DNA from: Macrostomum lignano
Taxonomy: Eukaryota
Length of the DNA: 64,000 bases
Assembly: GCA_002269645.1 (NCBI GenBank)
Contig: NIVC01003400.1
Location: 1-64,000, forward strand
Reading direction: 5' to 3'
A program made the translations under genes and the position numbers. Below are positions 1-12,099 of this stretch, one piece after another. A model generated the notes under the pieces. That model worked only from the letters and a program-made list of their open reading frames with translations, searched no databases and had not been told where the DNA came from. Each line of letters starts with the position of its first letter. Position 1 is the first letter of the stretch.

Positions 1-333
1 CCTTGTCTTTGATTTTCTGTCCAAGCGTTTTGGGAAACACCCGCTAATGTTGTACTGCTCCATGACCCGCTCGAGCACGGGACCCATCAGTCCGTAGAAG
101 ATGACTTCCTTTTGACAGGCATGGAAGCTAATAAACTGCTGCTGATCCAACTCCGGGCGCGTAACGTCGCTAGATTTAACGAATATGTGCATCGGCGGCT
201 CACGGTCCCTCCTGATAGTCACTGCGCGGCGGAAGCTGAGGTAGCCACCTTTACGGAACATCTCATCGCTCTGTTCGATCTCACTATCAGACTTCAGTTT
301 AAGCAGAAGCTTTAGCTCCTCAACAATGTCCAT
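1..333 (-). CDS. EcKL/CHK (choline-kinase-like) paralog, 5' part; runs off the window's left end; apparent 1-nt deletion near 45
   Basis: Manual translation from ATG at 333 gives MDIVEELKLLLKLKSDSEIEQSDEMFRKGGYLSFRRAVTIRRDREPPMHIFVKSSDVTRPELDQQQFISFHACQKEVIFYGLMGPVLERVMEQYNI, collinear with the 1104 ORF. AACATTAGCGG versus AACATTGAGCGG in the paralog shifts the frame; the restored frame reads VFPKTLGQKIKDK. Not in the ORF track. Confidence 0.8.
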   Translation of the reverse strand, partial: MDIVEELKLLLKLKSDSEIEQSDEMFRKGGYLSFRRAVTIRRDREPPMHIFVKSSDVTRPELDQQQFISFHACQKEVIFYGLMGPVLERVMEQYNISGCFPKRLDRKSKTR

Positions 334-1103
334 AGTATCTATAGTAGCGTTTGTGTCTAGCTAGAATGTATTTAATAACTCTATCAACTTCTCTCTAATT
401 TCTGAGTTTTCGTAAATAACCCTGGCTTGAGTCTGCACACTTTATAATTTAACATTTACCATTGATAAGAGCATCACGCGAGCAATTAACTCTAAAAAAG
501 TCCATTCGTCCACTTACGCGTCAGAGACCTCAAGTCTGATCTTCTTTAGAGTTAACTTCTTTGCACGTCTTTCCAAAGCAAGCGAATAGCTTCGGGTTGG
601 AATATTGGTACAGATAAGACTTGGATCCACTCTGTTCTGATTGGCATATCATGCAACCACTGGATGAATAGAGTGCAATTCTAATTAGCTTCTATTTGTC
701 GCAATGTGGGGTTTAGTACTACTGCAAGCTCTCATATGCTCTTATCGGGTATTCAATTAAATTTGAAATTTGAAAGTTTGGGAGCCCGAACATCCATTAA
801 TGTGTGCAGTAAAGTTAACTTATTTTAACATAGCAGGTTTGCTGAAACCTCTACACCCGAGTAAAATTGCCAGTCAGATAAGGCCAAGCAGAAATCCTTT
901 GCTTGCGTGACTGCAGAACTGCATGCTTTGTGTTCGCTAAACTCATCATGCGAGTAGCATACCACCTCAGCTCCAAGATAGCGCAATACAGGCAAACTTA
1001 ACTACGAGAAAATAGTGTTGCAAATTTGCTTTAGCTCTGTAGTAAACAACGTACAGTCGTGCAGCCTTTACAATCTCTTAATTAAGCTGGGCGATCGTAA
1101 ACA

Positions 1104-2242
1104 ATGAACATTGAAGCAGAGCTGGCTCGACTATTCAACTTTCAATCCTCCAACAAACTCTCCAAGGCAAGCGAGGTTGTGGGCCAAGGCGGCTACCTCA
1201 GCTTTCGAAGGGCGGTTACGATCACGAGAGAGGGTTCCGATCAGCCGCTGCACATCTTTATTAAATGGAGCGATGCAACTCGGACCGAATTAGAACAGCT
1301 CCAGCAGGTGAGCACGCACTTCTGTCGTACCGAGGTCGTGTTCTATGGTTTGACGGGCCCAGTGCTGGAGCGGGTCATGGAGCAGTACAACATTGAGCGG
1401 GTGTTCCCGAGAGCCTTCGGTCAGAAGATCAGCGACAAGGGCACGATTCTCGTTATGGAGGACATGACGAAGCAAGGCTTCAGCCTTGTCGATCGGAAAT
1501 CATTCGGCATCGAGCAGGTCTACTGCGTAGTAAGGACCCTTGCCCGACTGCAGGCCGCGTTCTGGATCGCTCGGGTGAACTTCAACTACTCACTGGACTC
1601 TGTGCTGTTCGGCCCAAAAACTTCATTTACCAACTCGATCCGACAGAGTCGCATTGATTTTCGTCCGATGATCGAGCGCAACGCTGAATACTTTCGCGCT
1701 AATCTGGGCAAGCGAGTCAAGTCAGTTGACGATCAGAAAATAATTTTGTCTCGCCTAGACGAATTCGTCGAGAAGACGGTACGGAACACAGCTAGCGCTA
1801 TGCCCAGTGGCAAGGATCGAGCAATGGGTCTCATTCATGGCGACCTCTGGTTCTCGAACTTCATGTTTAAGGGCGACGGAGACAGAATGATCTGCCGCTT
1901 GTTTGACTGGCAGTTCTGGGATGTTGGGCTTTTCGGCTTCGACCTCGGCTTGCTGATGATTTCCAGCTTGTCGACTGAAGCGATGCAGGGACACGTGGAC
2001 AAGATCCCAAGGAGTTCTACAGGACATTCAAGGAGATCTACGAGTCGAAGACGGGCAGCCCGGCACCGTTCTCTGAGGAGGCCGCACTTGTTAATATGAA
2101 GAATGCATTCTTTTGGGCTTTTTTCTGGGTAGTGACGTCCAGCAGTGTGCTGTGGGAGACTGACTACCTGGACGTGCCCAGTTTGCTGAACAATTTGGCC
2201 TTTGTTCTTCGTTCAAACCGTTTGGCTATGCCTGCCGACTGA
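1104..2242 (+). CDS. EcKL/CHK (ecdysteroid-kinase/choline-kinase-like) protein, intronless, apparent 1-nt deletion near 2007
   Basis: HGDLWFSNFMF and LFDWQ are APH/ChoK-type catalytic motifs. AAGATCCCAAGG versus AAGATTCCCAAGG in the 4060 copy; the restored frame continues KEFYRTFKEIYESKTG...RSNRLAMPAD to a stop at 2242. Confidence 0.8.
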
Positions 2243-2848
2243 CGGTGTTGCCGGAGAGCGGTGATATCAACCCTACTAACGAATCATTTCATTTACTAAA
2301 AGTCCCATCAGACATTTGAAAAATGCTTAGCTTAAAACCCGACGAAGAATTTGATGAAGCAATTGCAAAAATTTACGAAAAAATATACGTTTAAATCATT
2401 CTAAATTCTGATATTTGACCATTCTTTCCGCGCTCTAAAAGTCATGCCTCTTTTACTGTAGTTTCCCGTCCTTAGTACCAAGTTTGCCCATGGAAAACGT
2501 TTGGTCAACATTTTTGAGTCTATCTACATGAAGGCTAAAATTTCTAAAAGTTTAGAATTGTGAGGGCTGTCAGCCGTGTGTAGCGATAATAAGTTCTTTT
2601 ATTGCTTTCAGCTTTCTTTTTGGAAATGCAATCAATTTCACCCTTCAGTCCACTATACATGGAGATAAGAGTTGTTGGTTGCTAGGGTATTTTTCGAGCA
2701 CACAATAAGCAAAATGGTGCGGTACCTCTGTGTGAGCGATTAGAGGTGAATCTGATAAGACCAGAAAAACTGAAATATTCACCGTTAGCTTCATATCCGA
2801 ACCATACAATAGCAATCTCCGAGAGAGTGCCTCAGAGAAAATTCAGGC

Positions 2849-3418
2849 ATGAGCAACGACAAGAAGCGAATCTCCACAGTGTCGGCTCCGGCTCCAAGCC
2901 AGCTAAAGCCTTCTAACGTCGTCAAGGGATCACCTGACGGTCAGGAGGGAGCAGCAGCGACTCGGCCGAAACAGCCGAGTCTGGCGACCCTCATGATGCT
3001 CAAGAAGCGAATCGGCGACATCCGAGCGAGGCACCGACGCAACCGACCAGTGAAGAAAATGGAGAACACCTACCATCTGGAGCCAGATGTTGCCAAGAAG
3101 TTTCCGCCAGCCGAGGTGCAACAGATCGTCGACAACAGTCTGAATTTCTTTCTTGGAGAGTCCAAGTACGACCCAAAGGCGGCTCCCAAGCTGACAAAAA
3201 TGGTCTCCGAGGACGTGAAGCGTAGGATGAAGAACAACTTCAACTGTCCTCGTTACAAGATTATTGTTCACGTGACGATCGCGCAAAAGTTCGAGCAGGT
3301 TCTGCTACTAGCATCCCGGTCTGTGATCAACACAGCTACTGACGACTTTGTAACTGGCTTCCTAGATAGACCAACCTTTAAAGCTTGTGCGGCTGCATTC
3401 TGGATCTACTGCGAGTGA
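2849..3418 (+). CDS. Tctex1-domain dynein light chain (TCTEX1D/Tctex2-like), intronless
   Basis: The C-terminal ~120 aa (ENTYHLEP...PRYKIIVHVTI...ASRSVINTATDDF...AAAFWIYCE) fit the Tctex-1 family pattern; basic N-terminal extension. Confidence 0.88.
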   Translation: MSNDKKRISTVSAPAPSQLKPSNVVKGSPDGQEGAAATRPKQPSLATLMMLKKRIGDIRARHRRNRPVKKMENTYHLEPDVAKKFPPAEVQQIVDNSLNFFLGESKYDPKAAPKLTKMVSEDVKRRMKNNFNCPRYKIIVHVTIAQKFEQVLLLASRSVINTATDDFVTGFLDRPTFKACAAAFWIYCE

Positions 3419-3474
3419 CTTTGGTAATTGCGTAACCCTTTAGAACATAAAAATTAAATGTAAAAATTTAAAAT

Positions 3475-4055
3475 GTAAAAATTACGGAAATTCTATAATA
3501 AAACTATGGGCGTCATCATTGTAGATCGTGTTTAGTGCTTTATGATTTTACTCGTAAGTATTATTGTAACTGTAAATTAAACTTGTCTGTTTGGACCAAG
3601 ATATACTCGTATTGTTTTCGCGATTTATATTATTACTTTATTTAGGTCAACCTCATCAAAGACCTTGAAGTCTTTGAATGACGATGATAAAAGATATTCA
3701 GTTACTTAGTTAATTACAAGGCTAACTAAAGGGCAGAAACTCTCAGGAAAAATACACCAATTTACACGAAATGTATGTACATGGCAAAATATACGAGTTC
3801 ATTGCATGTTATTACGTTGTTGGTTCATTCTTATCGTCTTTATTCTCTTGATATCAGATGATTATTTTACATTAGGTTCCGCAATCATCGATTAAAGAGT
3901 TGTAAGAAGCACCAAATGTATTGTTGAATGATTGTTTAAAATAATTGTATTGGGCCAGTACCTACACGTAAATAAAAGTACGAGCGTTGAAAAGGTGATG
4001 ATGCAATTGCAAATGAGTCTTAATGAAACTGATGATACAAACTCAGATGCAAACT
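3475..4055 (+). repeat. Diverged AT-rich dispersed repeat, copy 1 (copy 2 at about 5458-5961)
   Basis: Collinear shared blocks such as TGTAAATTAAA.TTGTCTG.TTG.ACCAAGATATA, TTCTTATCGTCTT.ATTCTCTTGATATCAG and GATACAAA..C.GATGCAAACT. Confidence 0.75.
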
Positions 4056-4845
4056 CGTTATGGAGGACATGACGAAGCAAGGCTTCAGCCTTGTCGATCG
4101 GAAGTCATTCGGCATCGAGCAGGCTTACTGCGTAGTGAGGACCCTTGCCCGAATGCAGGCCGCGTTCTGGATCGCTCAGGTGAACTTCAACTACTCACTG
4201 GACTCCGTGCTGTTCGGCCGCGAGTCGCCATTTAGTGATGGAATTCGGAAGAGTGGTGTTGACCTCAAAGAAATTTTGGAACAAAACACGAAGTACTTCT
4301 TTGAGAACTTGCACAAGCATGTACCGTCACATTCGGATCGTGAGCTGATCCAAGAGCTTGTGAAGAAGCTTATCGCAACTTTAGTCGCAGATCCAATGAA
4401 AGGGGTTCCAGCGTTCACAGATGAGCCCGTCGGAATATCGCATGGCGACCTCTGGTTCTCGAACTTCATGTTCAAGGGTGATGGAGGCAGCATGATTTGT
4501 CGACTATTTGACTGGCAGTTCTGGGACGTCAGTGTTTTCGGCCTCGACCTCGGCTTGTTGATGATTTCTAGCTTGTCGACCGAGGCGATGCAGGAACACG
4601 TGGACAAGATTCCCAAGGAGTTCTACAGGACATTCAAGGAGATCTACGAGTCGAAGACGGGCAACCCTGTACCATTCTCGGAGGAGGCCGCACTGGACAA
4701 CATGGGCCACTCTCTGTTTTCTGCTCTATTCTGGGTTATCGTCACAAGCGGCACGCTGTGGGAAAGTGCCAACGTCGATGTGTCCAGCATGCTGGCTAAC
4801 GTTGCGTTCGCTATTCGCACCAAGCGAATGAAGGTTCATTTTTGA
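4054..4845 (+). pseudogene. 5'-truncated EcKL/CHK-like kinase copy (lacks roughly the first 110 aa)
   Basis: Homology to the 1104 gene starts abruptly at CTCGTTATGGAG (1449 in that gene). HGDLW and FDWQ motifs are intact and the ORF is open to 4845. Confidence 0.7.
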
Positions 4846-5457
4846 AACCTTAAGCAGGCAATTAGGTTTCAAGTTTCTTGTTTTCTCTTGCTACCAAATT
4901 TATACTAACAATTATGGTGTGGTATGAACCTGGTACCTTAAGCAAATGACTATTATTCTAGCAGGGTTGTCGAAATTTTTTGTAGCTGCGTTTTTTAAAG
5001 CAAAGAAATTAGTACTGTGTGTGCAGCAGTATTCTCATAGTGTTTAGATCAAAGGCTTGTTTACACCACGATCGAATTGAGCCATCAAGTTTAATCACTC
5101 GACTAAATAAGAAAAGTGATCGTGCATGCTCCATCCTATATTTAACAAAAAAACCACGCACTATCAGTGTGACATTCAGAACTGGCGTAGTGTGAACGAG
5201 TCTTATGTGTGCCGACCTACACACTCCGTGTACGCAACCCTCAAAGACCATCATAAAAAATTAAAGGTACTTCAGTGTACGTTGTTAGCATGGCAACCGA
5301 TCGAACTAATTATATATTGAGTTTAATCCTTAACACGATCTCTTTATGCACTGTGGTTAATTGTGCCTTTATTATTTTTGTTTTTTGTTTCAATTTTCAG
5401 CTTATGTATTCTTGTGACTTTGAGTGGCTTTGGTTTGTGTAACCGTGTAAACGAACG

Positions 5458-5961
5458 TGTGAAAATTAAGGAAATTTTTATAATAAAATTATGTGCTTTT
5501 TCATTGAACGAGTATTTAGTGCTTTAGAATTATTTTACTGTAAATTAAATTTGTCTGATTGAACCAAGATATATATTGCTTTCGTGATATTTTACTTTAT
5601 TGAGGTCACTCCCTTATCAAAGTCATTGGCATTGACAATGATAAAAGATTTACAAGGTTATAATTTACGAGCGTAATTAAGAGGTTGACTGGGGCAGCTC
5701 TCAGAAATGCGCAAAGCATATACGATCGTTCATTTTATTTCGCTGTTGGTTCGTTCTTATCGTCTTCATTCTCTTGATATCAGTTGAGTATTTTACGATA
5801 GATTTCGCCATCATAATTAAAAAGTTGTAAAACGTACCAAAATTGCAAAAATATTGTTGCATGATTGCAATTTAAATACTTAATTATATTGCATAACTAA
5901 AATATAATTAGAAAAGTGATAACGTAAAAAGAGACTAACGATACAAAATCTGATGCAAACT
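5458..5961 (+). repeat. Diverged AT-rich dispersed repeat, copy 2
   Basis: Collinear similarity to 3475-4055. Confidence 0.7.
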
Positions 5962-7260
5962 TCGTCTGGCGCAAACTACGGGCTAACAATCACCCGTAAA
6001 CTTTGAACTTTAATAGTGATAATATTTTTTGCAAAACAAATCAGTGAACTAGCAGCGTTAAACATAAAATTAGTGACACTACATTGCAAAAAATTAAGGT
6101 GTTGGATAAAAGAGGAAACGCTTTAGTCTGCTTTCATAGACCATATTTGTTTTTTGCACCGTAAAAAATCACAAATCGAAATTTTATATGCTTAATATGT
6201 ATATATTTTTTTATTCACCGCCTTAAAGCAGTATTAATTGTTATCAACTTAAACAAATACTTCAGTAAGATTTACAAAAGCATCATTAAGTGGCTTTCAA
6301 CTGTTGCAGCAAAAGTTTAAATGTGTAGCATGAATTCCTATTTTTATTAATCACAATGCCGTTCAATTTTATGCATACTGCGTAGCAACCGGATGACTTG
6401 TGATTTTCAGTTCATATGTAACTTTCTTTTTCCTGTTGCCTTACTACCCCGTATTAACCAATTTCGTTTGTGTAAACTTCAGATTTCTTTTTGAGAATAC
6501 TTTGGGTTTCTTTTCTGAAAAAACGTTCTTTTGCTTAGCAAATTGATTCAATGTGATTTAGACTATAGTAAATCTATATATTTCTAACAAGGCTTTACCC
6601 TCGTATGATCAGTGGTCATGCGATGCAGGTTACATCTGCCTTAATGATTTTTGCTAATAAAACTTTGGCTATATTTTATTTACATTGCCCCTGAAGAAAT
6701 TTTATAAAAATTAAATAGTAACTAGATCATCTGCACATTTCTAGCCAGCTATAATTGTAATTGATTTGACTGACAGAACCACTCACTGCCTTCACTCCTT
6801 ATCTATTTATCTGTGACACAGTTTTAAATTTAATTAAATGAACTATACAGAAACAATGACACAGTTTAGCTTTTACTATACATGTATTAATGGTATTTAT
6901 AAAAAAATAGAGTAAGCATAGGGAGCCTTTTTGGATTTAAGTATTTAAAACTAAATTAAACAACAAAGTACGAAAGTTAAGAATGATTATTTTATGAGTT
7001 TAAAAGTTTGTGATTTAATTAAAGTTATTTAGACTTGTGATTTTCAATAATTTCAATAATTGACGATTTTATTACAATATGAACAGGAACTAAAAATAAC
7101 TACGACAACTTATAATAATTAAATTTGTTGCTAAAGTATCAGGATCTGAAAATCATAAAACACTAAAATTCGCATTTATGAGCCGCTGTCGTTTTCTAGT
7201 CTCTCATTTTTGGCAGTAAGACAAGCCGGAATCGATAATAAAAATTAGAAACTCATCAGC

Positions 7261-8737
7261 ATGTCTAGCGGCGGCGGATTCAAATGCACGCTGGAGCTGA
7301 CGCTGGACGTGGTGTCCTCGCCGGGCACGCGGCTCCCCATCCGGGACGACCTCTTTCTGGTAGTTATCGTCTTTGGGCAGGCCAAGCGGACCCGCCTGCT
7401 GGAAGCCGCCTTTCCAGTGAACGTTCACGAGCGATTCCAGTTCGAGCGCCTGTTCTGGACAGCCGAGGACGCCTTCGTAGTGGCCGACCTGCTGGCTGAC
7501 GCTCCGGTGACGCTGGAGCTGCGACAGGTAACGTTTGGTTACTGTTTTAAACTACATGTACTTTAATTTTTTGTACTCAGTTTTATTCGACGTAAATTTG
7601 ACTGCAAGCACACCATGAACGACTCAAGTGGAAGGACGACGTCCAGAAGTTTGAGATGCATTTTTGAAAAAAAATTTTAGAAACGATCACTGGACGAATA
7701 ATACTACTACTAATACTACTGAAAACTACTCGTACTAACGAATCAACTTTTGACTGATCTTATTTCCCGCCCAGGTGACGGACATTTACCTGGGCGGCTG
7801 CCTGCTGGCCTACCACGAGACCAACTGCCGCGACTTCTTCGGCCCTCTGGCCGGCCGGACCAGCCACTCGGCCAGCCGCGACATCCTTATGACGCGAACC
7901 CTGGACTTTCCCGGCGTGCCGCCCAGGCTCGAATTCGCCACCTACGCCGCCATCGAGGAGCTGCTGCCGGGCGGCGGCCTCCTGGCAACCTCGAAAGCCA
8001 ACGGCAGCTCAGTCGGCGTCAACGGCGCCCGCCGGTCCCGGTCTCGATCCCGGTCCCGGCGACTGAGGCAGTCTGGTGGCGGTGGCGGTAGCGGCGGCGG
8101 CGCCAACAACTACGAGCGGCAGACGCTGGCCGCCGCTATGCGCTCCCGATCGCCGAGCCCCCGGCTGAAGGCCCTCTGCGACGATCTGGACGAACCGTCA
8201 ACTCGATCGAAGAAACCGCCGACAAAATCGGCTGCCGCGGCGGCCTGCGGGGCGTCGAACGGTCGACCACCGTTTGTTGTTCGGCGCGTGGAAAACTCGC
8301 TAGTCGGCAGGACGCCGAATATGCACGATAATTACGGCGAGGCAAAGGCGAGAAGCGGCGGCGTCGGCGAGGGCGGTGGCACCGGACGTCTGAAGCGCAG
8401 TCGATCCGCCGCCGATTTGCGCCGTTCGACGTCGTCTCTGGCGGAGGCGCAGGCGCCGTCGCGGGCCCGTCCAAGGTCGCCGTCGCCGTCGCCGTCCCGG
8501 CCGACGCTGAGCGAGCGCTACCCGGCCCTGACGTCCGCCGACCTTCACGAGCGAGTCGCCGACACCCTGCGGCGAAGCGGCTCGCCATACCGGCCCTACA
8601 GGCCCTACTACTATCCATACTACTACAGTCCCTATCATTCGTACTTTTATCCGTACTACTACGGTCGGTATTATGACGACGTACAGATGCTGGAGAGGGA
8701 GCTCCGGCTCGCTCGACTGCGCAGCGTTCGCGCCTGA
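7261..8737 (+). CDS. spata6: SPATA6-family protein; exons 7261-7527 and 7775-8737 (409 aa)
   Basis: CTLELTLDVVSSPG...LFLVVIVFGQAKRT...FP...FERLF...ELRQ|VTD...ETNCRDF...PRLEFAT matches the SPATA6 N-terminal domain as recalled. Phase-0 intron GTAACG...CCCAG (7528-7774). Confidence 0.82.
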
Positions 8738-8862
8738 GGACTTCATGGCTGGTGGCCCACGATTGAGTTCAATTAATAACAAAGACTGCTATTTTGGCGT
8801 TTCGATTTTTGTGCGAGAATTTTTGGGTTGTACGATTATACGAGTTTTTACCGTTTAAGTGC

Positions 8863-9240
8863 TGTGGGATTTGAAGATGTGGGATCTGAGGATGTGGGAT
8901 CTGAGGATGTGGGATCTGAGGATGTGGGATCTTAGGATGTGGGATCTTAGGATGTGGGATCTGAGGATCTGGGATCTGAGGATCTGGGATCTGAGGATCT
9001 GGGATCTGAGGATGTGGGATTTGAAGATGTGGGATCTGAGGATGTGGGATCTGAGGATGTGAGTTCTGAGGATGTGGGTTCTGAGGATCTGGGATCTGAG
9101 GATCTAAGGATCTGGAATCTAAGGATCTGAGGATCTGAAATTTGAGGATTTAAGGATCGGGGGATCTGTGAGCTGAGAATCTGGAATTTGAGGATCTGAG
9201 GATCGGGGGATCTGTGAGCTGAGGATCCGGGACATGGGAA
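8863..9240. repeat. 15-bp minisatellite (GATGTGGGATCTGAG)n, degrading at the 3' end
   Basis: Direct reading; produces the spurious MWDLR ORF. Confidence 0.95.
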
Positions 9241-10134
9241 ACTGGGAGTCTAAAGTATAAGAAACTAATTTTTTTATTTTAGCGCTATATCAAAAAAGTT
9301 ATCGCGCATTCAAACGTCACAATATTCATTGCATTGCATTCTGACGACTCAAAAATGCACTGTTTGACCTGATCTGAGAGCACTGTGTGCGCACCCCGCT
9401 TACATTTTCGCAACTGTTAGCCAAAATGTTTGCTTAACACTACTGCTGCGCGGTAGGTCAGTAGTATGAAAATTAGTCTTAAATCTGAAGTAAATCATCC
9501 ACACATCTCTGCTGCTTCATCAAATTAGGGCAATTCAATGCTTCAAAACTTCGTGCTGATCGCGAATTTTATGTGCTAAGCGTTTTTTTCACAATTTTTC
9601 TAACCAGCATTCATGTAATTTGCTGCTAGTACTACTAAGAGTATTTGATAAATGTATGCGTAGCGGCTTGTGATATTAATTTCGCTCTTGCTCTTTAAAT
9701 CTCTTACGCGATTTTGTATTTTTTTCTATGAACAGAAATCTTCGCAAATCTGCTTCTCTCTTCGCTTTCGAATTCTAATACAATATGTTAACCTCATCGT
9801 AGAGAAACTGGGCCTTTCAAATTTCATTATTCGCTCTACTTACTGAAGAATAGGCAAGTAGTATATACCGATATTAACGGCAGCAGTGCTTTTAAACAAT
9901 TGCTTTTCATGTTTAGCAAGGCAAAAAATATATCTGACTTAAGCATTGTTTTGTACATCCACAAGATGATGAAGTTGCTCCAGCCTCTGTCTGCGAAGGT
10001 TCTGAGTTTTTATGAAGCTTAAAATAAGTATATTTAAAGTCTTAACTTCACTTAACTTAACTTAACTTACCTGTCGGTTTTAATACGATCACTGCATCAT
10101 TATACATGACACTGCTTTTTGAATTCCAGTAGAC

Positions 10135-10362
10135 CCACTGAATCCCTATTCACCAAAATCTTATTCACCGAATCCCCGTTTACCGAATCCCATTCACCGA
10201 ATCCCCATTCACCGAATCCCTATTCACCGAATCCCCATTCACCGAATCCCCATTCACCGAATCCCTATTCATCGAATCCCCATTCACCGAATCCCCATTC
10301 ACCGTATCCCATTCACCGAATCCCTATTCACCGAATCCCTATTTACCGAATTCCTATTCAGT
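10135..10362. repeat. 15-bp minisatellite (CCCCATTCACCGAAT)n
   Basis: Direct reading. Confidence 0.95.
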
Positions 10363-11179
10363 GTTTATAAATAAATAAAACAGTCAAACACGAAACTAAC
10401 CACACGGGAGCCGGGGCACTTGACTATCATTGATATGGCCGGCAGCCATTAAGTCACCTGCTTACCAACCGACCTTGGTTCGATAAAGAGGCGACGCCGC
10501 GCTGAACTTCAAGTGCTTTGCGTAACGCATTGTATGAAGCCTGCGCTCGTATATTGACTAATTGTGTTGAGCACCGCAGCCATTGCTCAAGCAAGTCTTT
10601 ATCCAAACACACACTGGTGGAGTCAATCTCGCAACCGTGAACGCCCCCCTCCTCCTCTGTGACAGAGCAGGCAAACAAGAACGCAAAATAAGAACATCAA
10701 ATTGGAAACGGGATATCCTTCGCTCGCCAGACACTTGACAATCGTGCGCTTCCCCGCCCCCCATATCTTCCCCTATTATTCTAAGAAATACATTAATTAA
10801 TACAATGGGAAACAGGAGCCTGTTGACTCACCCGATCCAAGCTGAGGCTGTTGAGGGGATCGAATCATTAGATGGGGATAATTTTTTCTTCTGTGCAAGT
10901 CCAATCTTTGGGAAGATTTTCAGGCTTGGGGATTTGTGTTTGAATCCGAGCAAAGGACTCGAGGTGGGGAAATATGACACCATTGAGGATTGACAGGTGA
11001 TTGGGGAAACAAAGGCCTGGGGCTTGTGAGACTTTGTATCGATTTCCACCTTCAATTAATCTGTTCCTTCAGGATTATCATGTTTCAATTGCTGATTTCT
11101 TTATTTTAATCCTTAAATCTTTGAATCGTTTCTATTTATTCGCATTTATTATCCTATCGTTGAATCTCCCCATACTCAA

Positions 11180-11530
11180 AATTATCCCATCATCAAATCT
11201 CCCCCAAAATTAAAAATTATCCCATCCTTGAATTTTCCCACTCTCAAAGTTATCCCATCCTTGATTCTCCCCATTCTCAAAGTTATTCCATCCTCGAATC
11301 TCCCTATTCTCAAAGTCATCCCATCCTTGAATCTCCCTATTCTCAAAGTCATCCCATCCTTGAATCTCCCCATTCTCAAAGTCATCCCATCCTTGAATCT
11401 CCCCATTCTCAAAGTCATCCCATCCTTGAATCTCCCTATTCTCAAAGTCATCCCATCCTTGAATCTCCCTATTCTCAAAGTCATCCCATCCTTGAATCTC
11501 TCCATTCTCAAAGTTATCCCATCCTTAAAT
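11180..11530. repeat. 33-bp minisatellite (TTGAATCTCCCTATTCTCAAAGTCATCCCATCC)n
   Basis: Direct reading; 11-aa periodic ORFs on both strands. Confidence 0.95.
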
Positions 11531-12099
11531 AATCCCATTTGCAAGTTGCTCAGTGGTCGTAAAATTTTCATCTAAAAACTGCAAAGAGTAAAACATAAAA
11601 ATACCGACCTCCTGACCCAGAAGTGCGGCACTCAGTGAATTTTATTTTCGAGAATGAAATAGAATTCCCCTCCTGTTGCTAAAAAATTCAGGCCCTATAA
11701 ACACTGTGCCGAAAATGCCCACAGCGTTAAAACCAGATTTTATTGTCCAGATGTGGGGACCAGAAATTCGACCAACGCTTTAAAAAAATTTCTGCTAAAG
11801 AATGTAAGAACCACTCGAAACAGCGAGTGACGCAATTGACACAATCCCCTGCAGTTCTCCTGTGACAGCTTCTGACCCACCCACCCATCCATCCGCTAGA
11901 GAGAGAGGAATGGGAACCTGCAGATTGAGGTGATGTCATGCAGTTTCTCATAGAAAAATATTCTCATTTTTCCAAACCAATTAATGCTTGAATTGCTTTC
12001 TTAACTCGCGAGTCAGAGAGCGCATTTTGAAAATTTTTGAGCTTCCGAAATTCTTGTTGGCTCGACAAAGTTATATTTTAAGCTTGTGAAATATGCCCT

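Noticed and set aside
870-955. Minus-strand ATGATGA...CTGA (C/D snoRNA-like)
   Set aside because: No terminal stem and no recognisable guide; short motifs expected by chance.
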